Of a stretch of DNA of 64,000 bases, positions 37,740 to 50,580 are shown in pieces. The notes below the pieces were generated by a model, which was given only the letters and a program-made list of their open reading frames with translations, searched no databases and was not told the origin of the DNA. A program made the translations under genes and the position numbers. Source of the DNA: Octopus sinensis (taxonomy: Eukaryota); contig NC_042999.1 in the NCBI RefSeq assembly GCF_006345805.1, positions 100,378,001-100,442,000 of the forward strand. Reading direction: 5' to 3'. How positions within the stretch are numbered: position 1 is the stretch's first letter; each line of letters starts with the position of its first letter.

Positions 37740-38650
37740 AGACTAGACCTCTAGTATGCTGATGACAATAACATTGTTACACACAATGAAAATGTTCTTC
37801 AAACTTTTATTGATAAAATTTTATTAAGGTGGATCCGATTATGACTTACAATAATTGTTATTGAAACTTTTCGTCTTCATCAGCTCTGCCTTGGCAAGCT
37901 TCTTGTGGATTTTAAAATAATCATATTCGGTAGAACTTTGAGAATCGTATCTTCCTTCAAATATCTTTGTAGCATGCAAAACAGGAATGCAAATCTTGAT
38001 GACGAAATTTCATATTGAATTGAGAAGTTTTCTTTTGGGAATCACAATTTTTACTCTGGACTCCAGAATACTAATAAAAATGATACTAAAATACTAATTT
38101 TCAAAACATAGATTTTGTCTGTTTTGTTGTATGGCTGTGAAACATGGACTCTTGTCTCTTAGGTGCGTTAACAAGGAATTTATAATAAACACAATTTATA
38201 AAAGAGGTATAACATTTGTAGAAAAGAGAAAATAAGAGTGTGTGGTGTTGATACTGTTTTGAGGAAGTGAGAATGTAAAAGCGCATAAAACTATTATATG
38301 AAGGAGAATGACTTGAAATGTGAGTCGAAACTAGATTGTAAAATTTCTTTTCTGCCTTATGGCACCCGTCTTTCAAACATTAATAATTTCATATACAATA
38401 ATTTCAAAACAAGAGTACACGAACTTATTGACTAAATAGGTGACGCTCATAGTTAATTTGCTTGTGCATGTGCGTACATGTTTGCGTTTTCCTTCCGTGA
38501 TAATTAGCCCCAGAAGTGAATTAAAAATGGATTCAGTCAAGAATCGAAACAGGTGTTCAGACTCTTTCTCTGCAGAGCTCAAAAGTGCGCCTTTTAGGTC
38601 AACAAGACAAGGCTGCAAGAAATTAAAACAAAATTGGAAAATATAATCAA
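37740..38650 (+). mobile_element. RTE-clade LINE relic (RT C-terminal half)
   Basis: YADD at ~37755-37766, SSFKYLCS, LDDEIS, ILSVLLYGCETWTL at ~38115-38153, and later [10 protein letters not shown]...ELK...NRCSD...LK. Many stops. Confidence 0.8.
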
Positions 38651-38859
38651 TTGAACAAAGCGAAGGGTCAACATTCTTAGGATATTTCAATGGAAATATC
38701 TCTTTTGAACTGTTGACATCGCCTCCAGTTGTGTAATAAAACACGAATTCCTTTTTTGTATTCATATGATGGGGAATTGACTTGTCGAAAGGAATTTCAC
38801 ACCCGTTAATTGATTGTTTTATGAACTGAGCCGAAAATATTTCGGGTCGGCCTTTATTT

Positions 38860-38865
38860 TTATAT

Positions 38866-38899
<34 letters not shown>

Positions 38900-38914
38900 C
38901 ATAATTACACACAT

Positions 38915-38956
<42 letters not shown>

Positions 38957-39034
38957 AATGATACATACATACATACACACATACGTACGTATATATATGT
39001 GTATATGTGGGATGTGGATGTGTAAATGTGTATA

Positions 39035-39093
<59 letters not shown>

Positions 39094-39166
39094 ATATTTG
39101 TATATATATATGTATATACGTATATATATATATACATAATGTATGTATGTATATATGTATATGTAA

Positions 39167-39219
<53 letters not shown>

Positions 39220-39220
39220 C
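38860..39220. repeat. (TA)n-rich compound microsatellite
   Basis: Directly visible. It is the source of several YI-repeat ORFs. Confidence 0.95.
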
Positions 39221-39559
39221 AAAAGTGTTGTCCAAGCACATAAATGATAAAAGAAGACATCTAAAATAGTATAGAATAAAACATAAACATAAATGTCAGT
39301 TTTTCGTTTGTTTTTTTGTAGATAATTGAAATTAAATCTAGGTGTGTGCATATTACGTGATATTTGACTGTAAAGTTTGCGGCCACCCAATTTTATTTGT
39401 TTTAAAAAAATGCGCACAAATAATAATTTTTTAAGATTATTTTTTCATTATATATTAATTTATCATATATAAAATAAAATATTTGAAAGTAATATATTGA
39501 AAAATAATATATTCTCTACGTTAAGCAGTTGTGTGTGTGTGTGTGTGTGCCTGTGTATC

Positions 39560-39623
<64 letters not shown>

Positions 39624-39639
39624 AAGAGCTGAAATTTTG

Positions 39640-39970
39640 CGGGAAGGGACTAATCGATTACTTCGATCTCAGTGCTCAACTGGTACATACTTTATCGACC
39701 CCGAAGAACGAAAGGCAAAGTCGACCTCGGCGGAATTTTGAACTCGGACCGAAGAAATGCCGTACGTTTTATATTGCTTTCACATTTTAGTAGAATGAGG
39801 AGGGCTTAGGTCGATTACATTGAACCCCCCAGTGCTCAACAGTTACTTATTTTATCGACTCCGACAGGATGGAATACAAAGTTGACCTCGACGGAATTTG
39901 AACTCAGAACGAATGAAGTGCCACTGAGTATTTTTTTCGGCGTGCTAACGGTTTTGCCCGCTCTCCGCCT
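39640..39970 (-). mobile_element. Two tandem SINE family B copies
   Basis: Two reverse-complement family B bodies at ~39640-39770 and ~39800-39970. Confidence 0.8.
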
Positions 39971-40756
39971 AACTGTATATTATATATTATAGGGATTTTT
40001 AAGATAATTTAGACCCAAAATCGAAACGTGCATTATACAAATTATTTTGTAGCATTTACTAATTCTTCATTATACATTGGTAAATCAACAAACATATTTA
40101 CATACTTGCATACGTAAGTTAATTCATACATACGTACGTATTTACGTAGATCAATCTTCCCTCAGTTTAATGAAGATAATTTCAGTTGATTAATGAACTG
40201 TCTACGCATTGTGTTAGCATGTAAGCAACTGATTATTCTATAGATATGCATATCCATTAGTTAAATCTAAAAGCGTAATCAGCGGGCAAATCCAAAGAAA
40301 CAGCGTATGACAAGTATGGCACCTTGAATATAAAATAGAGTCCATTTGACGGACTTGTGCACCATTTTTGCTTACTCAATTTTACTCGTAATATTTGGTT
40401 CGTCCAGTGGCTAAAGTATAAGTCACTTCACTACACAATGGATCGAAATCGAGATTTCATGATTGCGAAGCGAACTTCTCAGCCATTCGGCTATGTTTGC
40501 GTACACATACATACATGCTTGCATACATACATACATACATACATACATACATACATACATACATACATACATACATACATACATACATACATACACACAT
40601 ACATACATACATACAAACGCATATCAACTGCGCATATACCATACTGGATTTAACTGATTGGTATTAGAACGTAAAAGATACACTTACATGGAAATCAGCT
40701 GTTCTGTATATGTAAATAATTTGATCAATAATCAGTTAAAAGGGCATTATCTATTA

Positions 40757-41129
<373 letters not shown>

Positions 41130-41808
41130 ATCTAGTACAAGAGCCACAGAAACCAGAACATCGTTATATTGTTTATGTTAATAATGCTATTCTGTCCGGG
41201 GTTAAATCTGATTAAGCACACATATGAGTAAGCGTATTCGCCATTAATAGTCCTCTATTGTATTCAAATATAGTGTATCTAAGACTATATTATCAAATTC
41301 GGCCTTCTTTTTTAATGCTACAAGATGTGGGATAAGACAAATCTGGTTGCTATATCTAGCAGGTACCTGTACTACATAGCGGATGACTTATCCCATTACC
41401 CAGTTTAATATCCCACCAGGACCTAAATGCCTTTACCTGAGTTTACTCTGTTGCAAACAACCGAGTCAACCCTCCAGTTTAAACATAATTTCCTCCCCCC
41501 TTTCAAATATTCTCGAATCAGTAAAGGATCATGAGCCGGCCCTCATCCTGACTAAAAGATAAAAAACATTTCTGCTGAGTGATTATGCTAACAGAGACGG
41601 GAATGGTTGTGTGGTTAGGAAGCACGATTGGCAACCACGTGTTTTCGCGTTCAGTACCACTGCGCAGGACCCATGAGCAAGCTTTTTTTTGCTATAGCTC
41701 CGGGATTACCAATGTCTTTTGAGTGAACTTGGTTGACGGAAATTATGTGGAAGCCTGTCATATATATGTATGTGTGTGCGTGCGTGCGTGTGTTTGTATG
41801 CTTGTCTC

Positions 41809-41839
<31 letters not shown>

Positions 41840-41962
41840 TCACACACCGCTCGATAACCGGTGAAAGTTACAACTACCTTTCTAATACAGTTTGTTATTT
41901 GTCATATATACATATAGTGATCGCATCGTCCTTTTTTGTCTGTTCATATATTGTTCAAGTAA

Positions 41963-42103
41963 TGTTGTGTGGACGCCCCCAGACAATGAAGTAGGCTAGC
42001 CCAATACGTAGATATAGAGGGAGAAGTCTAGGCGTCAAGGTAGACTAGAACAGAGTAGAGAGTCCAGAATCGAGTAGAAGGCATCCGAACGTGCGACATA
42101 ACA
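41963..42103. mobile_element. 141-bp solo LTR-like element
   Basis: It starts TGTTGTGT and ends ACATAACA (TG...CA with a short inverted terminus). A perfect 5-bp TSD AGTAA lies at 41958-41962 and 42104-42108. Confidence 0.8.
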
Positions 42104-45100
42104 AGTAATCTAGTAACTGATTTTGTTCAACGATGGTAGAAGAGGTCAATAGTTGCCGAAACATTTAGATGTCTAGCGAGATAATTTGGAGTAACTTTGA
42201 GGCCCAGTGTTTCTGTTTGTTTAAGACAGACACAAAGTCATAGCATGAACTACATGTTGAATCATAATTTACTCTCAGTAATCAAATATCTAATATTAGC
42301 TAAAATGGCACTGCCTGGGATCATGTGCATATATTACACGCGCGCGTGCACATACACACACACACGCATAAATACGTGTACATATATATATATATATACA
42401 TGTATACATACACATAGACATATTTGTGTGTGTGTATTGATGCATGTGCGTGACAATGTAACGTTAATAGTAACGCAAATGCGATGTTAGATGCTAGCAT
42501 GTAGAATGTTGGTTTCATGCATAAGAGAACAAATATAGTCAGTTGAATTGATCCAGTAATTGTCTGATATTTATTTTATCTACATCACATGGGTGAGAGA
42601 TAAAGTCGAGAAGAGTAGGAATAAAGTTCAGGTGCTAAAGGAACGTGACTAAATATCACAAAGCAAATGTCATATATATGTGGTAACATCATAGAAATTC
42701 AAAGGCGAAATTGATGTATGTCGTAGAATGTTAAGTCAAAACATTCATTCGTTTACCAGAGTCTAAGTGAAATTAATTGAACTCCAAATGAAATTGAAAC
42801 TGGAGTAGTTATTTGGCTCGATAAGCATATCTCATTTATAGCACATCTGTCACTTTTTACTTAGACACTATGAATAAATATATTTGTAGAGGCAGGAAAT
42901 GTTTCGATGTCATTTATGCCTCTCTTGTTAACCCCGATATGATTTCAGCTCAAACTTAGTAAGACTCAACTAAATACTACAAAGCTTTTATCAGTACCCT
43001 ATTAAGTGTGTGTATGGATGCATGTGTGTGACTATGTATGTATACACAGTAACGCTATTAAGCTTCAATGGACGGTCTCTCGTATGAATAATATTATTGA
43101 GGTATGCAGAAGGAACAATGGTGAAGCAGTAAATATCATTCTAAGATGAATAATACCGTTTCAGAAATGATAAACAGATACATTTGTGGGAACTTCATTC
43201 TAAGACCAGTCCTCGCTGATGAGTTGTAAGCTTCAAATTATTCACTATATCAATTCTACCAATTTATTCTAGGAAGGAACTGAATCAATAAGTGGGTATT
43301 TATGCCGTCGTTGGATCTGCTAGAAGTAGCAGTGGAATCTCTCTTAAACTGGATTCTAATGCCTTTAAATGATATAAAACATTGGATAATGTAATTTAGT
43401 AAAAAAACAATTGGTATGTATGCGGTAAACAAGATCATAGATCTGCACCTTCAGGGCCATCCTAAGATAAACAACCACAGCTCATCCTTGATTGACATAC
43501 CAGAATGTTTTCCGCCAAATGTAATCAAAATGATTCCTTTTCTAGACATACTATATCATATCGGAAGCTATAAAAATTATACACAAATAAACATTTTGAA
43601 ATTATACTACTATACATGAGTATACAGGAAGTGAGGGTTTTAATGATAAAATATTAACATTTCATAAATTCATATAGTACTATCATAAAGACAGTTATAA
43701 TGTTTCTTTGTTTTTTTACTTATAATTATTTCCAATGTAAGAACACAAACAGCGAATAACTGCAATTCTGCGTGGTAAATATTTGCAGCTATTTACGCAG
43801 AGTCATTATATCTCAAGTAAATTTAGCGAGTATTACGGCTCGTAGGGAGTAAAGAGGTTAATAGTTTGTAAACTCAGCCACTTGTTTCTCTTATATGTTG
43901 CATGCAGTGAATTTCATATTCAACATGAACTTAGGAGCGTCGCTTCAATATTTCGAATTATTAAACGTATTTTAGCCAAGCCAACTTGGTAAAGCTCTTT
44001 ATTTCTAGACTGTTATATTTAAACACTGCGTTCTACGACCACTATCTGAGCTAAGTTAAATAAATATCTATGGATAACATAAGCACGAAACACTTGTTAA
44101 TTATACGGTGTTGCCCACCACTGCCTTCAGCGATGATATGAATCCATTCAGGGTGGTGATTTTCCTTGCATTTTGTTTGTTTGGTTATTGTTAGAATATT
44201 ACTTAATCAGAGGAGGAAGGACAGCGCCCATTGAACTTTATCCGGGCCTCTAATACTGGTGGGATAAAAAAAGATGAGGTCATCCTCAAACCGAAGATCT
44301 GTCCCGATTGTTTGCAACAGATTCGAGGGCCAAGAGCGGAGCAACAGATTAAGTCTACCATCCATGAACCTGAATGGTCCGTCTGGCGAGCTTCCATCCA
44401 TTTACCAAATTTCACTCACATGGTTATGGTCGATTCGAGAAGACACTTAGCCATAATACAATGCAGTGTGGTTGAACTCGAAAACTTGTAGCTCTTCGTA
44501 CTTACGCTTTACGGTTTTATAGACTGAGTCAGCAAGAGTTAGGTTAAATCCCTTGTTAATAGAACGCATTACTGTACTAAAAACAAGATTCGAAATATTG
44601 ATATTTAGATTGGTGAGTCAAAACCTAATGAAAACATTTAGCTACCACTGCGATGGTGTTTGTATCAAGCCAACCATAAATTATTTATGCATGTAATTCT
44701 TCATTAAAATAATACTAATACAGTGAGGCATTTGCCATGCAATATGAAGACTTTTAACTTACGTAATGGTTCTGCCAAGAGGAACGTGTAGTTATCGATT
44801 TTCTCTTCCAGCTTGTTAAATTGATCCTTTAGCATTGGGGAGACATAATCTGCAAAAATGAATTCAAAGATTTGCTTCTGAAAATGGATAGATGGTTAGA
44901 GAGAGAGATGGAGGAGAAAGGGGAGAGGCACAGACAGTGAGAGACAGACAGATAGACAGACAGTCTTATATCCACAACATAACTGAAAATTTATCCGCAC
45001 ACACACACATACAGAGTTGCATGTATCTATCATTTCACATATACACAATCCCAACAGCTTGATTTAAACAAAAGATATTTGCTAATTTGTTAGCGACTGG

Positions 45101-45264
45101 TTTGAATTTTGCATGCAATGTATATATTGATATACTATTTTGAACTTAAATATGTGAATACATATGTATAAGAAAAGGAAAAGCTGAAAAAACATTCACC
45201 GCGCAAGACTGACTTCTTACATGAGCTACAAATTTAGAAGGACAGGTATTTCTATTGCAACAAC

Positions 45265-45400
45265 CCTAGTTCTTCACTGATCCTTTAGTTTATCGGCTTC
45301 CGAAAGATAAAGTTTACCGCGATGGGATCTGAACTCAGAGCGTAAGGGCCCGAAAATGAATACCGTTCGGCATTTTGTTCGATGTTCTAACGATCCTGTA
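45265..45400 (-). mobile_element. Degraded SINE family B copy
   Basis: CGAAAGATAAAGTTTACCGCGATGGGATCTGAACTCAGAGCG resembles the family B body. Confidence 0.65.
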
Positions 45401-45799
45401 AGACCATCAATTAGAGCTCAAATTAATGCAGAAGTTTATTTTTCTGCAACAAAAACTCTTTTTATCTAAATAAAAAAATCCAGTCTCTGTGTAGAAGGAC
45501 CAACTTGCTGGTTGGTGTATATATGGGGCTTCAACTCATTTTCGACGACGAAAATGAAAATGTTAAAAAATTTCTAACGTTTGAATCAATAGTCTAATTT
45601 TAAAATATTTGGTGTCATTAACTTTCAAATAAAGAGGTATAATCACACTTATGTCCATAATGTATTGCGCTTAAAGTTTAAATATAAAACCATTAAAACG
45701 GGAACCTCTATTTCTATATATTATTTTTGCCAGTGTGGTGACTGTTACGATTTAGTCGAGATACTTAAATATACCATAAAAATGCACAAGTACATCAAC

Positions 45800-48010
45800 T
45801 TAAAACGATTGATTATATTAACTGTGCTGACGGTTGATTTCTTTTCTTCTCGCATTGTGCTAACTGAAATGAAAGTGCGTGTTATTCCAGATGAAAACCG
45901 ATTGAAAACTTGTCCACTGGAGCATGCAGTTCAAATAGGGAGAGAAGAATCATACAAAAATATCATAAACCTCACTAATCAAGTCAGAGAATTTGATAGA
46001 CCACCTCATGTTAAAGTAGAACTTTCAAATGAAAAATCTGAGCGAAAACATCATACATCCAGGTGCCAAACATATGATATTTACAAGACATTTCCATTTA
46101 TATATAGTCAAGATCTTTCCTCATTATTTTCCCAACTATACAAGTTTAATCCATTTTCAATTAAATTGCTGAATGTAATTTGGTAGCTATGCGAGATTAC
46201 TTCCATCAATATATCGGAAGGAGAACGTATAATTATAATACGCTGTTTAAAATTTGCTTTACTTCAAATCAATATATTTTTTGTTCTATTCCGGTCCTGA
46301 TCAAGTAGAACCAATTTCAACTTCGTGCGTTATACATTCCGTATTGCAGGACATTTTATGTAAAAAGACTCTAAGTTTCTACATGGACAGTTTGTCTCAG
46401 TATTTTATGGAGTGATTCTCAAATTAGTGGTGGAGCTATACTTGGTTTTGATGTTATAACTCTTGAAAAGTTTTGTGTATTATTTATAGGTAAATATTTG
46501 TCAGTGAACGTTAAGAAATCTTTTCGATGTTGGATGTAGCGTTAAGTGAAAATGAAGGTTAAACCTTATATAACGTCAACGTCTTCTGGTTTGTTGTTAC
46601 TAGAGGTTGAGTATATATTTGAGTTTCTCTTTGGAACAAACGGTAGCAGTAAGATGCAGCTTTATCAGCTATATTTTTACTACATCGGCAAGGATCCTTA
46701 TGCATATAAGTCAATTTTCTTATTTGACTTTCTGTATGATTCACAGAGATTTGTGATTAAGTATAGAGTTACGTCTAAGCAAAATCTACGGTAATGAGAG
46801 TAGCTGGTCAATTTCAACAAGAAAGCTCTGGCGCTCTATACGATTTCCTTTCTTAGTTTAGATAAAGCACATCGATTCATGTCTTTGGATATAGTCATAA
46901 TCTTTATATAATCTGAAATCTATACCGATGATTTCTTCGCTAAATTTAACAAACAAATTGATGGTAGAGCTGTACCTGGTTTTGAAAGGTTTGTATATTT
47001 GTAGAGATTCTTAGTTTTATCAAAATAATGATTGTTTTAATAGAGTTCTTAATCATTTTCATATTGGGTTCAAGCTCATTTTTGAAGAGATCAGTATGTT
47101 TAGGAAAATTAATATTTTCAAACCAATCTCCTACTAAAAACATATTTTATAGGACAGTTCCCTATTAAAACATTGTTTTGGAACCAAGGGACTCAAAGAG
47201 AAAATCGTGCACATAGCTAATATATACTTCATAACATATAGTTATTTATGGATGAATTTTTGTATATATGTGAGGTTTATCATTTTGAAAAGCCTGTTAA
47301 ATATGCTTTGAGTATATAAGCTGTATCGACCAGGGATAAAGAAGGACATTTCAAACGAATTTTATAATTTTTTTAATTTAGAAAGAAAACTTATGTGTCT
47401 GCAACACAGACTATAACAAGGGAGATGGAGGACTTGTGTAGCTACACTGAAGAGATGTTCAAAAGATATAAAATGTAATGTTATAGTCAAGCCATTAATA
47501 ACAATTTGGTAAGAACTTAAATTTTTGACAGATTTGATTGCAACGTGAGATTAGGTTTTACTCTCTCAGTATGTTAGTAGCAGAAATTAAGGAGAGAAAA
47601 TTGCTAAATACTTCTTTGTATATTATGAGAACACTAAAATATAATAATACAGAGCCATTTAAATGGTGCGTGTGTAATTTAAGTCCCTTAAATCTAAAAT
47701 GAATAATGCCAAAGGACATGCAATATTATCCAACTGGATTCCATAATTATTTATTGCTAAAAATGTTTAACTTATTTTATAGTATTATTTGAAGTGAGTA
47801 TTATAAGTTTAATTAACAGTTATTATTCAAGAAAGGAAAATTTAAGTGGGTGGAAGTTACATCATGATGCGGTTGATTATTATAAAACGGATTTAAATAA
47901 TATAAAGCAAAAGAATGAAAAATCGAAAGAAATGTGCTATACCTTACGAGATATGGCTAATTAAACAGCATGAATGAACAAGTATTACGAAGGGGTATAC
48001 TCGTTATTTT
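45800..48010 (-). mobile_element. Highly decayed Penelope-like RT element (possibly Naiad-type)
   Basis: Collinear degenerate pieces on the minus strand: RVYPF, LVGDWFENINFPKHTDLFKNELEP, IRKL...IADKA, YLP...RVITSKP...PL, LYVLLP, LIEN. Many stops. Confidence 0.4.
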
Positions 48011-48344
48011 AAAATTACCATGAAAATACTGTAGTAGAGCAAAATAACATTGAAGTGTATAAAGGAATAGATTGGGATTGATAATTTTCAAACTTGTAAT
48101 TAGGCGAGTTGCTATAAGTTGCCACCTCTGTTTTACAAATAAAGGGGTTTCAGTTCAGGGGCTTCATAATGTAAACAAGTAATATAGGTTTAAAACTTAT
48201 ATGCGATCACCGCGCAATGCTAAAGAAAATAGTCTAAAAATCGACGCTGCTTAGCAAAATCATCACAGTAAAAGCACATGAAAGTTTGCTCACAAAAACT
48301 ACGAACTAATTATTGTTCTTAAATCTGACAGAAAGGGACAGGTT

Positions 48345-48416
48345 TTTACGTTGGTGTAACGGTAGCACACTTGGTAGAGTAAACCAAGGGGTATGGGTTC
48401 GAGTCCCACGCTTACG
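48345..48416 (+). pseudogene. tRNA-like sequence (tRNA pseudogene or orphan SINE head)
   Basis: D arm GTGT/GCAC, anticodon arm CTTGGT-AGAGTAA-ACCAAG, T arm ATGGG-TTCGAGT-CCCAC, and a T-run about 12 nt downstream. The acceptor stem does not pair. Confidence 0.55.
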
Positions 48417-48950
48417 GAAAAAACATCTTTTTCTGTCGAGAGCTTATATGCCCCATTATTTATACCATTTTCTTTAGTCATTACCCGGTGATCGCTTATA
48501 AGCTTTAAGCTTATAAAATACTATTATATATATATATATATATATTAATAATCAGAACAGAGATTTATACATCTAGTTTTATGCTGCAGTCAATCAAGTC
48601 TTTCCATTTCTGCACCTATGTATGTTTTTGATGAAACTCGGTGCGCACTGCAAACTTTTGCATCTTGATATGCATTTTGGTGTTATTTGCCGCAACTTCG
48701 GGGCGTTATTAACTGCATTTCAGATACCATCTGAACTAAATACAAGTCCAAATATTTATTATTTCTTCTCTCCCGGCAACATGCAGTCTCTAGAGAGACA
48801 TTTAGATTTACCGATGTGAACCTCTACTAAGGGTAGTAAAATAAACTAACCGGAGTTTTCTACACTCTTGGAAGTTAGCCAGCATTATTAACCGGTAAAA
48901 GTGAATACGGTACTCGCTAGGGTTGTAAATGTATATATATATATATATAT

Positions 48951-49336
48951 ACTCTTTACTCTTTTACTCTTTTACTTGTTTTAGTCATTTGACTGTGGCC
49001 ATGCTGGAGCACCGCCTTTAGTCGAGCAAATCGACCCCGGGACTTATTGTAAGCCCAGTACTTATTGTATCGTTCTCTTTTGCCGAACCGCAAATGACGG
49101 GGACGTAAACACACCAGCATCGGTTGTCAAGCAATGCTAGGGGGACAAACACAGACACACAAACACATACACACATACATATATATATATACATATATAC
49201 GACAGGCTTCTTTCAGTTTCCGTCTACCAAATCCACTCACAAGGCATTGGTCGGCCCGGGGCTATAGCTGAAGACACTGAACCCGGAACCATGTGGTTGG
49301 TTAGCAAGCTACTTACCACACACCAACTCCTGCGCC
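48951..49336 (-). mobile_element. tRNA-derived SINE family A with 26-nt internal deletion
   Basis: Reverse complement of 1819-2228. It lacks TGCCCAAGATGCCACGCAGTCGAACT at ~49278, bounded by ACT microhomology. Confidence 0.92.
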
Positions 49337-49354
49337 TATATATATATATATATA

Positions 49355-49547
49355 CAAGAAGAATTCACAAAAAAATCAAAATATGAAGACAGGTGGTGTA
49401 GACAACAAACAGATGTATTAGTATAACGCTCGGGAAGTGAAAAAGTCTTTATCGTTTCGTGCCTACGCTCTTCCACAGAAAGAAACACAGAAAGAAACAA
49501 AGGGAGAAAATAATGTGTTGTGGCTAGCGATACATACATATAAATGC

Positions 49548-49624
<77 letters not shown>

Positions 49625-49830
49625 TATATATATAGGGAAAGTTTACGAAAAAACAAAAGACGAAGACAGGTGATGTACAAAACAAACAGATGTATTAGTA
49701 TAACGCTCAGGAATAGAAAAAGTCTTTTACGTTTCGAGCCTACGCTCTTCTACAGAAAGGTACACAGAAAAAACAAGGAGAGAAAAACATGTATGTAGTG
49801 GCTAACGATCTATCATGGTGTATATATACA
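49355..49830 (-). mobile_element. Two tandem copies of a short hammerhead-bearing element (retrozyme/mini-PLE-like)
   Basis: Copy 2 minus strand: CTTT-CTGTAGA-A-GAGC GTAG GCTC-GAAA-CGTA-AAAG (49759-49724). Copy 1: CTTT-CTGTGGA-A-GAGC GTAG GCAC-GAAA-CGAT-AAAG. The copies are separated by (TA)n. Confidence 0.8.
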
Positions 49831-49888
49831 TACATACATATATGTGTATATATATATATATATAATATATATATATATATATAATATA

Positions 49889-49957
<69 letters not shown>

Positions 49958-50335
49958 TGTATGTATAAACTGTGCAAGCATACAAAATAACTTTTTCTCA
50001 GTCACACATGCATACATGGATGCATACATGTGCACTCCCACACATCTTACAGTAATGCTATTCCTTAGTGCGAGAAAGTATACCACATTTTGCAGTAACT
50101 CCTTAGAGGTAGAGGAACTCGGTTGTTGAAAATACTTTTGCACATGGTCAGAACATTGTTATGGCAGTAAGACTGATATTTATTGACTTTGCCATCTGTG
50201 ATGTTTGCTACTCTGATTCTCAGATTAGTCTGGGTTAGTGAAACCTAAAGTAACTTATTATAAGTTTAAATTAAGTGGAAAGGTTTCTATGGGAATCGGA
50301 TTAGGGACTCATACAAACACATGGTATGCTATCTA

Positions 50336-50580
50336 ATCCAGCAGCAAATGCCATCAAAGTGACACTGAGGAGCAATTATACGAAGCCCAGTATACCCCAT
50401 CATGACTATCCATCTGATAAGGGTACACCAGTTACATGCATCACATCCATATATGCGCGACATGCGATCTTATATCGAGATATACAATGCATGACCTTGC
50501 AGGTGGGGCCGAATTAAAATTTTCCTCGGGTTGAGTAATCCATCCTGCTCAAAAGGTCCCTGAATAAGGTTTGTTTAAGG
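50336..50580 (-). mobile_element. Partial copy of non-coding repeat X
   Basis: Homologous to 55145-55385 (GCCATCAAAGTGACA...AAAAGGTCCCT.AATAAGGTTTGTTTAAGG). Confidence 0.85.

Noticed and set aside
37740-38850. Minus-strand translation resembling a DENN domain (EIFPLKYP...[17 protein letters not shown]; part of ORF 38373-39260)
   Set aside because: The plus strand over most of this interval carries clear RTE RT motifs (YADD, LLYGCETWTL). The minus-strand resemblance is best explained as an antisense shadow, and the rest of that ORF is microsatellite.
44207-44491. GC-richer patch with overlapping short ORFs
   Set aside because: It is adjacent to and partly within a SINE remnant, with no recognisable domain or splice signals.
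45665-46186. 173-aa plus-strand ORF and a nearby YTDD tetrapeptide at ~46921
   Set aside because: No recognisable domain. It lies antisense to the putative PLE relic and has no supporting RT or RdRp motifs in frame.
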